Positions 51,431 through 61,615 of a stretch of DNA of 64,000 nucleotides are shown piece by piece. The stretch spans positions 128,001-192,000 of the forward strand of contig JAVJQW010000019.1 of assembly GCA_040218735.1 (NCBI GenBank). The letters are read 5' to 3'. The position numbers and the translations under genes were made by a program. Positions within the stretch are counted from its first letter, which is position 1; each line of letters starts with the position of its first letter. The notes under the pieces were generated by a model that did not search any database, was not told where the DNA came from, and was given only the letters and a program-made list of their open reading frames with translations. The DNA comes from Deltaproteobacteria bacterium. GTDB lineage: Bacteria; Myxococcota; Kuafuiibacteriia; Kuafuiibacteriales; Kuafuiibacteriaceae.

Positions 51431-54091
51431 GTGGCTCGCCCGACCGCGCCTGTGTCCGCCTTCGCGACCGTCCACCCCACGCGCACGTCGGGGCAGGCGG
51501 TCGATCGATCCGTGCTCGTAGCGTCGCCGCCCGTCACGCTCGACCATTCGGTGCCGAGCGACGGGAACCTCCGGGAGCCGGAGGTCCGCGCGAGCGCGAT
51601 CGAGGTGCTCGGGCTCGGGTCGCTCGGCGCCTCGCCGCGTGCGTTGGAGCGTCGGCTCGTGCGGCTGGTACGTGCGCAAGGCGTTCGGGCGGTTCGGCTC
51701 CGCGTGCGCTTGGCGCGGGGCGAGGCCCGGGCGCTGTACGACGGCGCCGTGGGGATCGGTTCGGCGCCTGCGCTGCGACGTGCGGATAAGATCCTACGGC
51801 GGCTCGACGTCCTCGACGTCGGGCTCGATCGATTCGAAGCGGAGCGCGCTCGGGTTCGCGCGGCGATGACACCGCGGGCGGTGGCGACGGCCGAGGCGAT
51901 CCTCGAGCAAACGCGTGCGTCGGTGCGTTCGTGGCGGGATCAGTACGGCGACGAGACCGAGCTGCTCGCGCTCCGCGCCGACGCGCAGGCGCTGTTCGAG
52001 GCGCGCGGGCGTTTCGAGCGGGCGAGCGGCGCCGAGCGGATCTCGGCGCGTGCAGCGTATGACGCGTTGCACGCGAGAATATCGGCGAGGCACCCGCCGC
52101 TCGCGTCCGCGAGCCTCGCTGCGCCGCTCACGGAGCTCTGGGCGTTTGGTAGCGAGACGGACTCGAAGCAGGTGGGGCAGGTCGTCGTGGACGTCCCGCG
52201 TCCGATCGACGCTGCGCTCGAAGCGAAGATCGAGGCGACGCTCGACGGCGTCGACGCGATGCAAGCTCGCTTGCGCGACGATCCGGACGCGGTGTGGCAG
52301 CTCCCGGACGTCGTCGAGGCGACGCTGATCGCGGAGGGGATCGTCGCGCACGGGATGGTCGCCGCGCACGCGCGAGACGTAGTGCGGGAGGTGAATCGCG
52401 ACGCGCGCATGTGGCGGACGTTTGTGTCGATCGCCGCGGTCGGCTTGGGGATCGCGGCGGCGCTGCCCAGCGGTGGAGCGAGCCTCGCGGCGACGGCGGT
52501 CGCGACGTCGGCGCTCGACGGGTACCAGCTCTACCTCGCGTACGCGGAGTATCGGCGAGGCGTCGACGCGGCGGACGCGGGGCTCGCGGCGGAGCGCCCG
52601 TCGCCGCTGCCGGTGATCCTAGAAGCGGCGGCGACGACCGCCGGCGCGGGCGGCGCGGCGACGGCGCTCGCAAAATCTCGCTTCGTTCGTGCGCTCGGCC
52701 GCACGGACGATCTGGGCGCTGCCACGCGTGCGATGGAGACGCGCCTAGGTCGGGAGCGGGCGGCGTCGCTCTTCGAGCGTTTCGGAGGAGACGGGGTCGA
52801 AGCGCTGCCGGCGGAGCTGTGGTCGCGGTTGGCGGCCGTGGACGAAGAGGCGTTGGACGCGGCGCTGGATGCGCTCGGTCCCGAACAGGTCATCGCGTGG
52901 ACGGAGGGGGTGGGGCCGGAGCGTGTCGCGGCGCTGGTGGCGGACGTGCCATCCGGGTGGTGGCCGGACCTGACCGCCACGGCGATCGATCCCGAGGCGA
53001 TCGAGGGTGTCTTGGCGCTGGGGTCGGAGGTGGTCGCGACGTTGCTGCCGTCGGTGAAGGGCGAGGGGCTCGCGGCGCTCGCGCGGGCGGCGGACGGGGC
53101 GCCGGTGTCGGTGCTCGACGACGGCTTCGCGGTGGTCCGCGGTGTGCGGTTCCATCCGCGTTCGCCGGGCGGTGCGGACCGACTCGGCGATGTGTTGTCG
53201 CGATGGGACGAGTTGGTCGCGCGCGCGCCCGACTTGGCGAGCTTCGGGCCGTGGAGTGAACGGGAGATCGGTCGGGTCGAGGAGCTGATCCGGGAGGTGT
53301 CGGGGGGCAAGCGTCCCAAGCGTGCGGCGTTCAGGTCGCTCGCCTCGCGGTCGGGCGCTGCGCCGAGCGCGCTGCGCCGCGCGGTCCACGCGGCGGCGGG
53401 GCGCGCGGTGGTGTTGGGCCGTCGCTCGGCGGCGCTCGTCGTGCGCGCGCCTCAGCTGCGCGACGGCCTGGAGTCGTTGGCGCTGAGCGCGGTGTCGCCG
53501 GCGACGCGGGCGCGCGCGCTGGACGGTGTCGAGCGTGCGTTGGGGGCGGCGGTGACGATCTCGCGTCGGCATCTGGCCGCGTGGTTGGACGACGCGGCGG
53601 ATGCGGGCCACTCGATCGAACGCTGCTTCGTCGACCGGCTGGTGGAGTTGGAGTATGCGGTCGAAGCGATCGAAGCCGGGCGCGCGGCGGAGGGGAGCAC
53701 GGTGTTCCTCGGCCTGAAGCCAGGCGAGCGCGTGGCCCTGAAACCGGGCGGCCCGTGGTTCGAGGTCCCGCCGACCACCCCGGGCCGAGTGGGGGCCTTG
53801 GAGGACATCGACGTGGTATTCATCGACGCGGACGACGTGGTGCACGTGGTGGAGGTGAAGCGCACGGACGAGGCGCTGTGGAAGGCGCTGGAGAAGACGA
53901 GTGGCGACTACGTCGATAAGTTCGTGCAGCTACGCGGCGAAGGTGCGGCGGCCGAGCAGAAGCGCGAGGTCACAATGGCGATTCGGTCGCCTGGGACGGG
54001 AGCGTTGGACCGACCCCTGACCGTCGGGGAAGGCGAAACGCCGCGCGCGGTGCTCGCGAAGAAGGCGATTCGCGTGGAGTTCGAGCCATGA
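51431..54091 (+). CDS. Putative polymorphic toxin / secreted effector with central hydrophobic hairpin and C-terminal PD-(D/E)XK nuclease-like domain
   Basis: Start placed at GTG 51431 because the ORF-track start (51401) lies inside the promoter. N-terminus MARPTAPVSAFATVHPTRTSG has no Sec signal. TM-like TFVSIAAVGLGIAAALPSGGASLAATAV; C-terminal E(LEY)...EDIDVVFID...VVEVK. Confidence 0.65.
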   Translation: MARPTAPVSAFATVHPTRTSGQAVDRSVLVASPPVTLDHSVPSDGNLREPEVRASAIEVLGLGSLGASPRALERRLVRLVRAQGVRAVRLRVRLARGEARALYDGAVGIGSAPALRRADKILRRLDVLDVGLDRFEAERARVRAAMTPRAVATAEAILEQTRASVRSWRDQYGDETELLALRADAQALFEARGRFERASGAERISARAAYDALHARISARHPPLASASLAAPLTELWAFGSETDSKQVGQVVVDVPRPIDAALEAKIEATLDGVDAMQARLRDDPDAVWQLPDVVEATLIAEGIVAHGMVAAHARDVVREVNRDARMWRTFVSIAAVGLGIAAALPSGGASLAATAVATSALDGYQLYLAYAEYRRGVDAADAGLAAERPSPLPVILEAAATTAGAGGAATALAKSRFVRALGRTDDLGAATRAMETRLGRERAASLFERFGGDGVEALPAELWSRLAAVDEEALDAALDALGPEQVIAWTEGVGPERVAALVADVPSGWWPDLTATAIDPEAIEGVLALGSEVVATLLPSVKGEGLAALARAADGAPVSVLDDGFAVVRGVRFHPRSPGGADRLGDVLSRWDELVARAPDLASFGPWSEREIGRVEELIREVSGGKRPKRAAFRSLASRSGAAPSALRRAVHAAAGRAVVLGRRSAALVVRAPQLRDGLESLALSAVSPATRARALDGVERALGAAVTISRRHLAAWLDDAADAGHSIERCFVDRLVELEYAVEAIEAGRAAEGSTVFLGLKPGERVALKPGGPWFEVPPTTPGRVGALEDIDVVFIDADDVVHVVEVKRTDEALWKALEKTSGDYVDKFVQLRGEGAAAEQKREVTMAIRSPGTGALDRPLTVGEGETPRAVLAKKAIRVEFEP

Positions 54092-54756
54092 GCTCAACGC
54101 CCTTCGCGGGACTCGAAGACGCAGTCAGCCATCTCCCCGAGCGCTGGGCGTTCATTTCGCGCGTCCCGCGAGACGAATTCGCGGTGCCAGGCGAAGTCAC
54201 GAAGGGCTTTCGCGGCGTCGCGGCCGTCCTGACCCTCCTCGGACCCTCGGACGCCCGCGAGGTTTCTGCGGAGGTTGGGTACGGGCGCGACGGCGGGTGG
54301 TTCGCCTTCAAGGAGCGCTTCGCTGACCTTCGAACGCTGTCGGCTGCGAATGTGAACGCCTACCTGGTCGAGCAGTTCGGGAGCGCGAACGCGGCGAGCC
54401 ATGGCCGCTGGTCGATGCAGGGGTGGCTTCGTGACCGCGTCGGAAACATCGCCAAGCGGGTGATCATTGACGTCCCGGCGTGGTTCAACGAGGACCCGAC
54501 CGGCCTGCGCGAAGTCGCCTTCGAGGAGCTCCAACGCGTCGCCCTCCTCCTCCCCGACCGTCACCAGGCCGACTGCCTCCGACTGATCCTCGAGCGCGTC
54601 GAGATGCGCGCCTTCGACTTCGCGCGCCGCCTCTACCACCACCCCGACGCCGGCCCCGCCATGAAGGCCGTCGTCCACGAGGTCTTCGAGCCCGACTACG
54701 CAGCGAAGCTGATCGCGGACGTGCCGGAGTCGCATGCGCCGTCCCCGTGGTTGTGA
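54088..54756 (+). CDS. Candidate cognate immunity protein
   Basis: 222 aa, cytoplasmic, ATGA-coupled to the toxin stop; paralog downstream. Confidence 0.6.
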   Translation: MSSTPFAGLEDAVSHLPERWAFISRVPRDEFAVPGEVTKGFRGVAAVLTLLGPSDAREVSAEVGYGRDGGWFAFKERFADLRTLSAANVNAYLVEQFGSANAASHGRWSMQGWLRDRVGNIAKRVIIDVPAWFNEDPTGLREVAFEELQRVALLLPDRHQADCLRLILERVEMRAFDFARRLYHHPDAGPAMKAVVHEVFEPDYAAKLIADVPESHAPSPWL

Positions 54757-54770
54757 GGTCGCGAGGAGGG

Positions 54771-55029
54771 TGGAGGGCATCGACGTGGTATTCATCGACG
54801 CGGACGACGTGGTGGAGGTGAAGCGCACGGACGAGGCGCTGTGTGGAAGGCGCTGGAGAAGACGAGCGGTGAGTACTTCTACAAGTTCGTGCGGCTTCCC
54901 GTGCAAGGCGCGGCGGTCGGACAGAAGCGCGAGGTGACGATGGCGATTCGGTCGGTGGAGACGGTAGCGTTGGATCGTCCGCTTCCTCTGCTCTCGGAGG
55001 AGAGTGTTCGCGTCGAGGTCGCCCCGTGA
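54771..55029 (+). pseudogene. Orphan, frameshifted copy of the toxin's nuclease C-terminus
   Basis: Aligns with 53799-54091 (IDVVFIDADDVV-EVKRTDEAL, WKALEKTSG, QKREVTMAIRS). It has a 9-nt deletion (HVV), a 2-nt gt insertion at about 54841 and a further deletion near the end; no N-terminus. Confidence 0.85.
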
Positions 55030-55700
55030 TCGCGCCGGACTGGGAGGCGTTTCGGAGCGCCGTCGCTCAGATTCCTCCGCGCTGGACGGCTCGTCTGGTG
55101 CCCCGGCCTCCTGGCTTCGAGCCTCCTACGCCGGACGCCGTGCGAGCCGGTTTCTCGGGCATCCAAGGAGCCATCCGAGCACTTGGACCTCGCCGCCACA
55201 ATGAACCAGAAGCGCCAGCCGCCGCTCGACCCGGTGGACCTTGGGAGGGGTTCGCGTACCGATGGCCGAACCTCCACGAATTCCGTTGGGAGGACGCTGA
55301 GGCGTTCATAACCGAGCGAAGCGGTCCCGAGGCCTTTGACGCGGACGGCCTCCTCGTCGTCGTCGGCTGGCTCCGTGGGTACCTCGGCCATAGCGCCAAG
55401 GAGATCATCATGGACGTCCCGGCGTGGTTCAACGAGGACCCGACCGGCCTGCGCGAAGTCGCCTTCGAGGAGCTCCAACGCGTCGCCTTCCTCCTCCCCG
55501 ACCGTCACCAGGCCGGCTGCCTCCGCCTCATCCTCGAGGTGGTCGAGATGCGCGCCTTCGACTTCGCGCGCCGCCTCTACCACCACCCCGACGCCGGCCC
55601 CGCGATGAAGGCCGTCGTCCACGAGGTCTTCGAGCCCGACTATGCCGCGAAGCTGATCGCGGACGTGCCGGAGTCCCACGCGCCGTCCCCGTGGGCGTGA
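55026..55700 (+). CDS. Paralogous (orphan) candidate immunity protein
   Basis: GTGA-coupled to the orphan tip; 55413-55694 is near-identical to 54469-54750, while the N-terminal half is homologous but strongly diverged. Confidence 0.7.
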   Translation: MIAPDWEAFRSAVAQIPPRWTARLVPRPPGFEPPTPDAVRAGFSGIQGAIRALGPRRHNEPEAPAAARPGGPWEGFAYRWPNLHEFRWEDAEAFITERSGPEAFDADGLLVVVGWLRGYLGHSAKEIIMDVPAWFNEDPTGLREVAFEELQRVAFLLPDRHQAGCLRLILEVVEMRAFDFARRLYHHPDAGPAMKAVVHEVFEPDYAAKLIADVPESHAPSPWA

Positions 55701-55795
55701 TGCCGCGGAACGCGGACCGGGCGTGGGCGGTGATGCCTGGGTTGAAGTAGGGTGACGGTTGTGCAGATTCGCTGGGCGGAGCACGGTAGGCGCGC

Positions 55796-56497
55796 GTGAT
55801 TGCCTGTCTGGTCGGAGTTCTGGTCAGCGCGCCCGTCGGCATCCTCCCCGTGGAGCTCGAGGGCCTGGAGAGTTTGGATCGTAGCTTCCTCCTCGCGGAG
55901 GTCTCGGAGCACGTCGAACGCATCACGAAGAGCAAGCCGGTCATCGGCGACTTCGCGGCCTCTCCCGCAGAGCTGTCGGCGTCGACGGGCGTCGAGCGCG
56001 TCATCGGCGTATCGATGGTGAAGGGGGCCGCGCTCGTGCGGATCTCGCTGCAGCTCCACGAGCCGTCCGGCGCGCGCCGAGCGCTTCAGTTCGATGGTGT
56101 TGGGGATAGAGAGGTATGGGGCGCCGCGTTGTCCGGGCTCGTGGAGGCGCTCTTGCTCGATCGCGGCCCGGCGGTGGCGACGGCGGTCGTTCAGTCCGCT
56201 CCGGAGCCCCCGCCCAAGTCCACGGCGTTGTGGTGGGGCGGGGTCGCGCTCGGTGCGACGGGACTCGCCGTCGGGACCACGCTGAGGATCATCGCCTCGA
56301 ACAAGGACGGCCGCGCGGAGGAGCTTCGAGAGCAACAGCTCGAAGCGACGTCACGTCCGGAGTGGGAGATGCTCGACGAAGCACGGGAGACCGCTTCGAT
56401 GTCGGGCGCCAGACTCGGAACGGCGTCGAACGTCACGCTGATCATCAGCTCGGCGATCACGGGCGCGGCGCTCGCGGCGTTGGTGTCGGCGTGGTGA
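55796..56497 (+). CDS. Hypothetical membrane protein
   Basis: N-terminal hydrophobic start; two C-terminal TM segments (WWGGVALGATGLAVG; VTLIISSAITGAALAALV). Confidence 0.6.
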   Translation: MIACLVGVLVSAPVGILPVELEGLESLDRSFLLAEVSEHVERITKSKPVIGDFAASPAELSASTGVERVIGVSMVKGAALVRISLQLHEPSGARRALQFDGVGDREVWGAALSGLVEALLLDRGPAVATAVVQSAPEPPPKSTALWWGGVALGATGLAVGTTLRIIASNKDGRAEELREQQLEATSRPEWEMLDEARETASMSGARLGTASNVTLIISSAITGAALAALVSAW

Positions 56498-57470
56498 GGC
56501 GCGTCGTCATCGCATGGATGTTCCTCGCCGCGTGCGAAGCACCCTCGTCGAGTCGCCCTTCCGAGAACCGGCGATCTATCGGTGTCCTCGGTTCGAGTGG
56601 AGAACTACGATCGCGGGCCTGGACATGCTCGGCGCCGCCGAGATCCGCGGCCGCCGAGTCGTAGTGGCTACCGATGGATTCTATGCCTACGACCTCGGTG
56701 ACCTCGTCTCGGTGGACGTCGGAATCGCGTTGGCCGAGCCCCTGACCTCGTTCGCGGTATGCGACGACTACTTCTTCGCGGGGTACGAATATGGAGTCGA
56801 GTACCTCCCGCTTACGGACGCCGTGACGGGCGGCAGGATCGATGCAGGTTGGATCGAGATGGCAGCGACGCCGGACTGCGCACTCGTCGGGGGACTCGCC
56901 GGTCAGTTGGAGTGGGTGCGGCTCGGCGACGGTCGCTACGGCGATCGGAACGTCACGGCCCCGTACGGCAACGAGGTCGGAGTGGTCCGGGCCGGCGCGT
57001 ACCTCTACTTCATGTCCACGGACGACGCTGCGGTCCGATGGGACGTGATAGGTGGAGAAGGGCGCACCTTCGGCTTCTGGTCACCGCCCGCGCGACCGAC
57101 GGCGCTGTACGCGGACGAAACGGTGGTGGTGGGCACGGATCTTGGCGACTTCTTGAGTTTCGGTGTCGTCGAGAACGCACCGGACGAAGCCGGTAGCGTC
57201 CGCAAGGGCCAGATCCCTGGCGGTGATCCTGATGCCTACGACGATCCCGGAGTCGTGGACATCGCGGACTACGGGAGCGGCTACGTCTACGTAGCGCCGG
57301 TCGACATCGGCGTGTGGGACGACTCGGAGGTTCCGTGCGCACCCCAAGTCACCTCGGCTGAGCAGCGCGCCGGCGCTGAGATCACCGCCGTCGTGTCGCT
57401 CGACGTGGACCACGTCGCGGTCCACGCGGGAGATGAGGTCCACATCCTCCAAGCGGAGGTCCCGCGATGA
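56494..57470 (+). pseudogene. Beta-propeller-like lipoprotein with an apparent 1-nt frameshift near 56541-56544 (pseudogene or sequencing error)
   Basis: GTG 56494, coupled to the upstream stop, gives the lipoprotein signal VRRVVIAWMFLAAC-EAP. The body (LVESPFREPA...) is in another frame; one extra C in accc would join them. Confidence 0.55.
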
Positions 57471-59923
57471 AGTGCTCGGGCGCGCATCTCGGCCTCGTGT
57501 TTTGTCTGATCGTGGGCTGCACGCGCCCGAGCGACGTACCCGATGGTATCAAGTGGGTCGCTGCAATTGCGTTGGATGACGAAGGCGGTGTCGCGGACGG
57601 GAGCGAGCTTGTCTTGGCAGAGGTCGCGGGCCGCGATGTGCTCGACGCCGAGGTCTTGGTCGGCTTCGGAGGCAAACAGCTCGCGCTGGATTCGTCGTCA
57701 CCGGCCGAGCTTCGGATTGAACCTGCCCTAGGGTGCGGCCCCTACTTGCCGAGACCAGAGTGGGTCTCGGGCGGGCGCGACACCATCGACTTCGAAGATG
57801 CCTTCGAGGCGTCCTGGTTCCACTCCCGCTGCGCCGATGCCCCGACGATCGCGGAGCTGCATAGGCGGGACGGGATCTCGGGGGTGGCGATTCAACAAAC
57901 GGGCTGCCGGTTTACGATCACGAGCTCGCAGGGGGCGATCCTGACGACGGGGGCCATGGGGCGGACGGGCTTCGGGTGCTTCGACACCGGATCCTGCGAG
58001 ACGAGCTCAGGAGGTGCTGGTTTTCGGTGCGGAGACGCTTGCTGCGGTCTCGCCGGCTGCCACGCGGAAGAGACTTTCTGCCCCGCGGTGGAGGGGGGAC
58101 GTTGTCGACGTCTCGCGTGGGACTCCGACAACTGCGGCGCGTGTGACGTGGTCTGCGACGCGGGTTGGACGTGCAAGGACGGCGTCTGTCAGGAGCCCCC
58201 CGTCGAGACCCCGCCGGACGGGCGAGCTGTGAAGGTCGTCGTCGGAGAGAATCGAGCCTGCGCGCTGACGGTGGATTCGCGTGTCTTCTGCTGGGAGCCA
58301 GGTCGGAGGCCGCAAGCCGTCGCGGGAGGAATGGATGACCTCTTGCTGCTCGGCAACAGCGACATCCTGTGCGTTCTGGGGGAGGGGCAGGTGCTGTGTG
58401 ACCACGAGGTGCGCGGTCAGCTGTCTTGGATCGCGAGCGGTGCAGAGACGTTCTTCGGCTACTTCTTCAACGAGCTCTGCGTTTATCGAGGGACGGAGAT
58501 CGAGTGCAAGAAGCCTCAAGAGTTTGTGAGCTCCCGAATTGGGGCGCCCCCGGGGCTCACGCTCATTCGCGCCGAGTTCCAGCGATACGTCGGAATCGAT
58601 CAATCCCAACAACTCCATGCATTCCGCAGCAGCGGGAGTGCATGGTCGCTCCCGGGCTATACGGACGTCACGTTCTCGTCGTACGACGAGCTCTGTGCGG
58701 TGGCCGTCGACGGAACCGTGGATTGTTTTGATTTCGAGACCGGCGAAGTCACGCGCACGCTCGATCTGGATTTGACCGGGATTTCGTCTCATGCGGAGGC
58801 AACGTGCGGCTGGGGGAGGACCGGCCTTTGGTGCTGGGGGGACCTGAAGTACGCGCCTCCAGGCTTCGCGGGGGAAGGCCCGCTGCTGATCCCGGAGACC
58901 GAAGGCACGACAGCGAGCAGCTTCAACCGACGAACCGGGTGCATCGTGGATGCGGCCGCCCACGTCAGGTGCTGGGGAGCGGACTCGACGGTCCTGGGAA
59001 ATGACCGGGTGTTCGGGGTGCCGGTTCGTGTCCCGCTTCGGCGTCGCGCAACCCACCTCTTCGCAGAAGTCGAGCGGGTGTGTGCGCGAACAGAGGATCG
59101 CGAAACGGTGTGTTGGGGCAACGGTGTCGGCGTCGAAGCGCTGACCGGACGTGGCGTTGTGGTTGTACCCTCGGGCACGGATTACATTGCCGAGGGATGG
59201 GTGGCTTGCGTCCACTCCGGTTCCACGGCGCTGGAGTGCGTGCTGTTCCGTGGGGAAGGCGTTGAGCGCAACGTGCGGCTCGAGAAGTTCCATCACATCG
59301 ACATCGGAGGAGCCGGGCTCTGTGCTGTAGGCGACGAAGGCAAGGTGTCCGTTTGCCTTCCCTCCGAAACGCAGCTGCAGGGCGTACCAACTCGGGCCCG
59401 CCTCGTCGCAAGCGGCGGCACAGCCTGCGCCCTCGTCGATCGGCGAGTCGTGTGTGGTCAGCCGCGGCAAGAACCGCGGCTGTCGAGCTGGGCTCCGACA
59501 GGGCCTGCGGCGGCGAACGATCTCGCTCTCATGGGCAGTTCGCTTTGCGTCGCCAGCGACAAGGGCCTGTTCTGCGAGCGCGACGGCGTAACGACGCAAC
59601 TCCGGGCGGGCGCGTTTCGATCGGTGACGGCCGGCTTCTACGCGGGGTGTGGGATCGACGCGAGCGATCGCGCGTGGTGTTTCGGCGTCAACGACTACGG
59701 GATGGTCAGGCCTACTCAAACGGGGCGCGGCCTCGATTTTGAGCTCCTCGAACCGCTCGAAGTTCCCCTGGGCCCGGTCGACGCGATTGTCGGTGGCTTC
59801 GAGAACGTCTGTGCGCTGCTCCGCGATGGCTCGGTCTATTGCTGGGGATCGAACAACCAGTGTCAGCTGGGTCGGTGCGATGCCTATCACCAACGCCTAG
59901 CACCCCCCATCGTGCTGGAGTGA
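57467..59923 (+). CDS. RCC1-like repeat lipoprotein with Cys-rich module
   Basis: Lipobox CLIVGC; DSDNCGACDVVC module; repeated CAL...VxCWG (VRCWGAD, TVCWGNG, AWCFGVNDYG, VYCWGSNNQCQLG). Confidence 0.8.
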   Translation: MKCSGAHLGLVFCLIVGCTRPSDVPDGIKWVAAIALDDEGGVADGSELVLAEVAGRDVLDAEVLVGFGGKQLALDSSSPAELRIEPALGCGPYLPRPEWVSGGRDTIDFEDAFEASWFHSRCADAPTIAELHRRDGISGVAIQQTGCRFTITSSQGAILTTGAMGRTGFGCFDTGSCETSSGGAGFRCGDACCGLAGCHAEETFCPAVEGGRCRRLAWDSDNCGACDVVCDAGWTCKDGVCQEPPVETPPDGRAVKVVVGENRACALTVDSRVFCWEPGRRPQAVAGGMDDLLLLGNSDILCVLGEGQVLCDHEVRGQLSWIASGAETFFGYFFNELCVYRGTEIECKKPQEFVSSRIGAPPGLTLIRAEFQRYVGIDQSQQLHAFRSSGSAWSLPGYTDVTFSSYDELCAVAVDGTVDCFDFETGEVTRTLDLDLTGISSHAEATCGWGRTGLWCWGDLKYAPPGFAGEGPLLIPETEGTTASSFNRRTGCIVDAAAHVRCWGADSTVLGNDRVFGVPVRVPLRRRATHLFAEVERVCARTEDRETVCWGNGVGVEALTGRGVVVVPSGTDYIAEGWVACVHSGSTALECVLFRGEGVERNVRLEKFHHIDIGGAGLCAVGDEGKVSVCLPSETQLQGVPTRARLVASGGTACALVDRRVVCGQPRQEPRLSSWAPTGPAAANDLALMGSSLCVASDKGLFCERDGVTTQLRAGAFRSVTAGFYAGCGIDASDRAWCFGVNDYGMVRPTQTGRGLDFELLEPLEVPLGPVDAIVGGFENVCALLRDGSVYCWGSNNQCQLGRCDAYHQRLAPPIVLE

Positions 59924-59945
59924 TGGTTGGACGGGCTCGGGTGAG

Positions 59946-61574
59946 ATGACGGTCATCGCCGGAAAGTACATCGCCGAAGAGCGGATCGGCGTGGGCGGGA
60001 TGGCCACCGTGTACCGCGGCCGCCTGCTCGGGGTGCACGGTTTCGAGCGTCCCGTCGCGATCAAGCGCATTCATCCGGGACATGCATCAGACCCGAGCTT
60101 CGTCGCAATGTTCAAGCGAGAAGCGCGAATCGCGGCTCGGCTGAACCACCCGAACATCGTCTCGATCGTCGACTTCGACCGTGCAGAGGACGGTGGCCTC
60201 TTCTTGGTGATGGAGTTCATCGAAGGCGTCGACCTGCGTAGGTTGGTGAAGGCGGGGCCAGTCCCGGTCGCGTGTGCGTTGTTCGTTGTCGCGAAAGTAC
60301 TTGGCGCTCTCGCTCACGCGCATTCGGTCGGTGTGGAAGGGGCCGTCGATCGCGTTGTCCACCGCGATGTTACGCCGCACAACATACTCATTTCGCGCGA
60401 GGGTGATGTGAAGCTCTCCGACTTCGGGATCGCGCGGGCGATGTCGGAGAGTCCGCTCACCAAGACTGGCGTAGTCAAAGGCAAGATGGGTTACCTGAGC
60501 CCGGAGCAGGCTAGAGGCGAGCCCCTCGACGCGCGCTCGGATCTCTTCTCGTTGGGGGTCATCTTGCACGAGCTGGTCGCGGGTGATCGGCTGTTCCGCG
60601 TAGCGTCCGGAGCCGCTGGACTCCTCGAGGTCCAGCGCAAGCTCGCGGATGGGATCCCGTCATTGGGTTCCGCCAGCGTAGACGTGTCCGCGGAGCTCAT
60701 CGAAGTGTCCGACCGCCTGCTCGCGATTGATCGCTCCGCCCGTTTTCGGTCCGGTGAGGAGGCGCTGGATGCGCTCCTATCTTGCCCGGAGGTCAGCAAC
60801 CGGGGGCGCGAGGACCTCGCAGAACATCTGTGTGAGATGTTCGACGGCACCGTAGCGCTTGCGCTCGATCCGGCAGCGCAGACAGAAACGGAGGACGCGG
60901 AAGCCGATGCCTCGGTCCTTGGGTTGACCGAGCCGACGACACGCGTCATGGCGAGCGCTGTCTCAGGAGATCGTCGCGTCGAGCATGTGGCGCCGCCGCC
61001 GCGAGCAAGGTGGTTCAGCAAGATCGGATGGATTCTATCGGTGGGCGGCGCGACCTTGGGTCTCGTCCTCCTGGCGGACAGGCTGCGCACCGAAGAGGCG
61101 GCCGTAGTTCCGACGGCGCATGAGGAGCGAGAACCACCAGCGCGGGTGCAGCCGATTGTGGAGCCGCGCGCGACAACCAAATCCGATCAAGATGTCAGGA
61201 AGGTGGCGCAGCCACGGACGAGCGTTCGACCGAGCGGCGTCCGGCGTTTCGGTGACGCCCGACGAACCCGCCAAAGCGTCGTTGACGCCCCCACAACCAC
61301 GAGCCCGAAACCTCCAACGGCAGAGCCGACCCAAGTCTCGCCCGACGTGCTGGAGGCACGTATCGACGCTGTAGGGCGGCGCCTGAGGGCGGGTCTGGAT
61401 GTGGATCGGAGTCGAGCCGCGATACTAGATCAGCAGTACTTCGATCTTCGCGCGGCAGCGCGGGGCGCCCGACGCACGGGGGATTGGAGCCAGGTCGAGC
61501 TTCGACTTCGGCGAGTCGAGAGAGAAGTTGCTACGAAGGCGAGGGCCGCAGGAAGTAGCGATGCCTCTCCGTGA
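59946..61574 (+). CDS. Transmembrane Ser/Thr protein kinase (paralog of 49631..51043)
   Basis: GVGGMATVY, VAIKRI, HRDVTPHN, DFG, YLSPEQ; TM IGWILSVGGATLGLVLLA. Confidence 0.9.
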   Translation: MTVIAGKYIAEERIGVGGMATVYRGRLLGVHGFERPVAIKRIHPGHASDPSFVAMFKREARIAARLNHPNIVSIVDFDRAEDGGLFLVMEFIEGVDLRRLVKAGPVPVACALFVVAKVLGALAHAHSVGVEGAVDRVVHRDVTPHNILISREGDVKLSDFGIARAMSESPLTKTGVVKGKMGYLSPEQARGEPLDARSDLFSLGVILHELVAGDRLFRVASGAAGLLEVQRKLADGIPSLGSASVDVSAELIEVSDRLLAIDRSARFRSGEEALDALLSCPEVSNRGREDLAEHLCEMFDGTVALALDPAAQTETEDAEADASVLGLTEPTTRVMASAVSGDRRVEHVAPPPRARWFSKIGWILSVGGATLGLVLLADRLRTEEAAVVPTAHEEREPPARVQPIVEPRATTKSDQDVRKVAQPRTSVRPSGVRRFGDARRTRQSVVDAPTTTSPKPPTAEPTQVSPDVLEARIDAVGRRLRAGLDVDRSRAAILDQQYFDLRAAARGARRTGDWSQVELRLRRVEREVATKARAAGSSDASP

Positions 61575-61615
61575 TAGCGTTGGCGTGATTGCTCCAACTT
61601 GCGCGGCGGTGAGGT

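Noticed and set aside
51044-55800. Transposon, prophage or integron explanation for the toxin cassette
   Set aside because: No transposase, integrase, terminal inverted repeats or attC-like sites were recognised.
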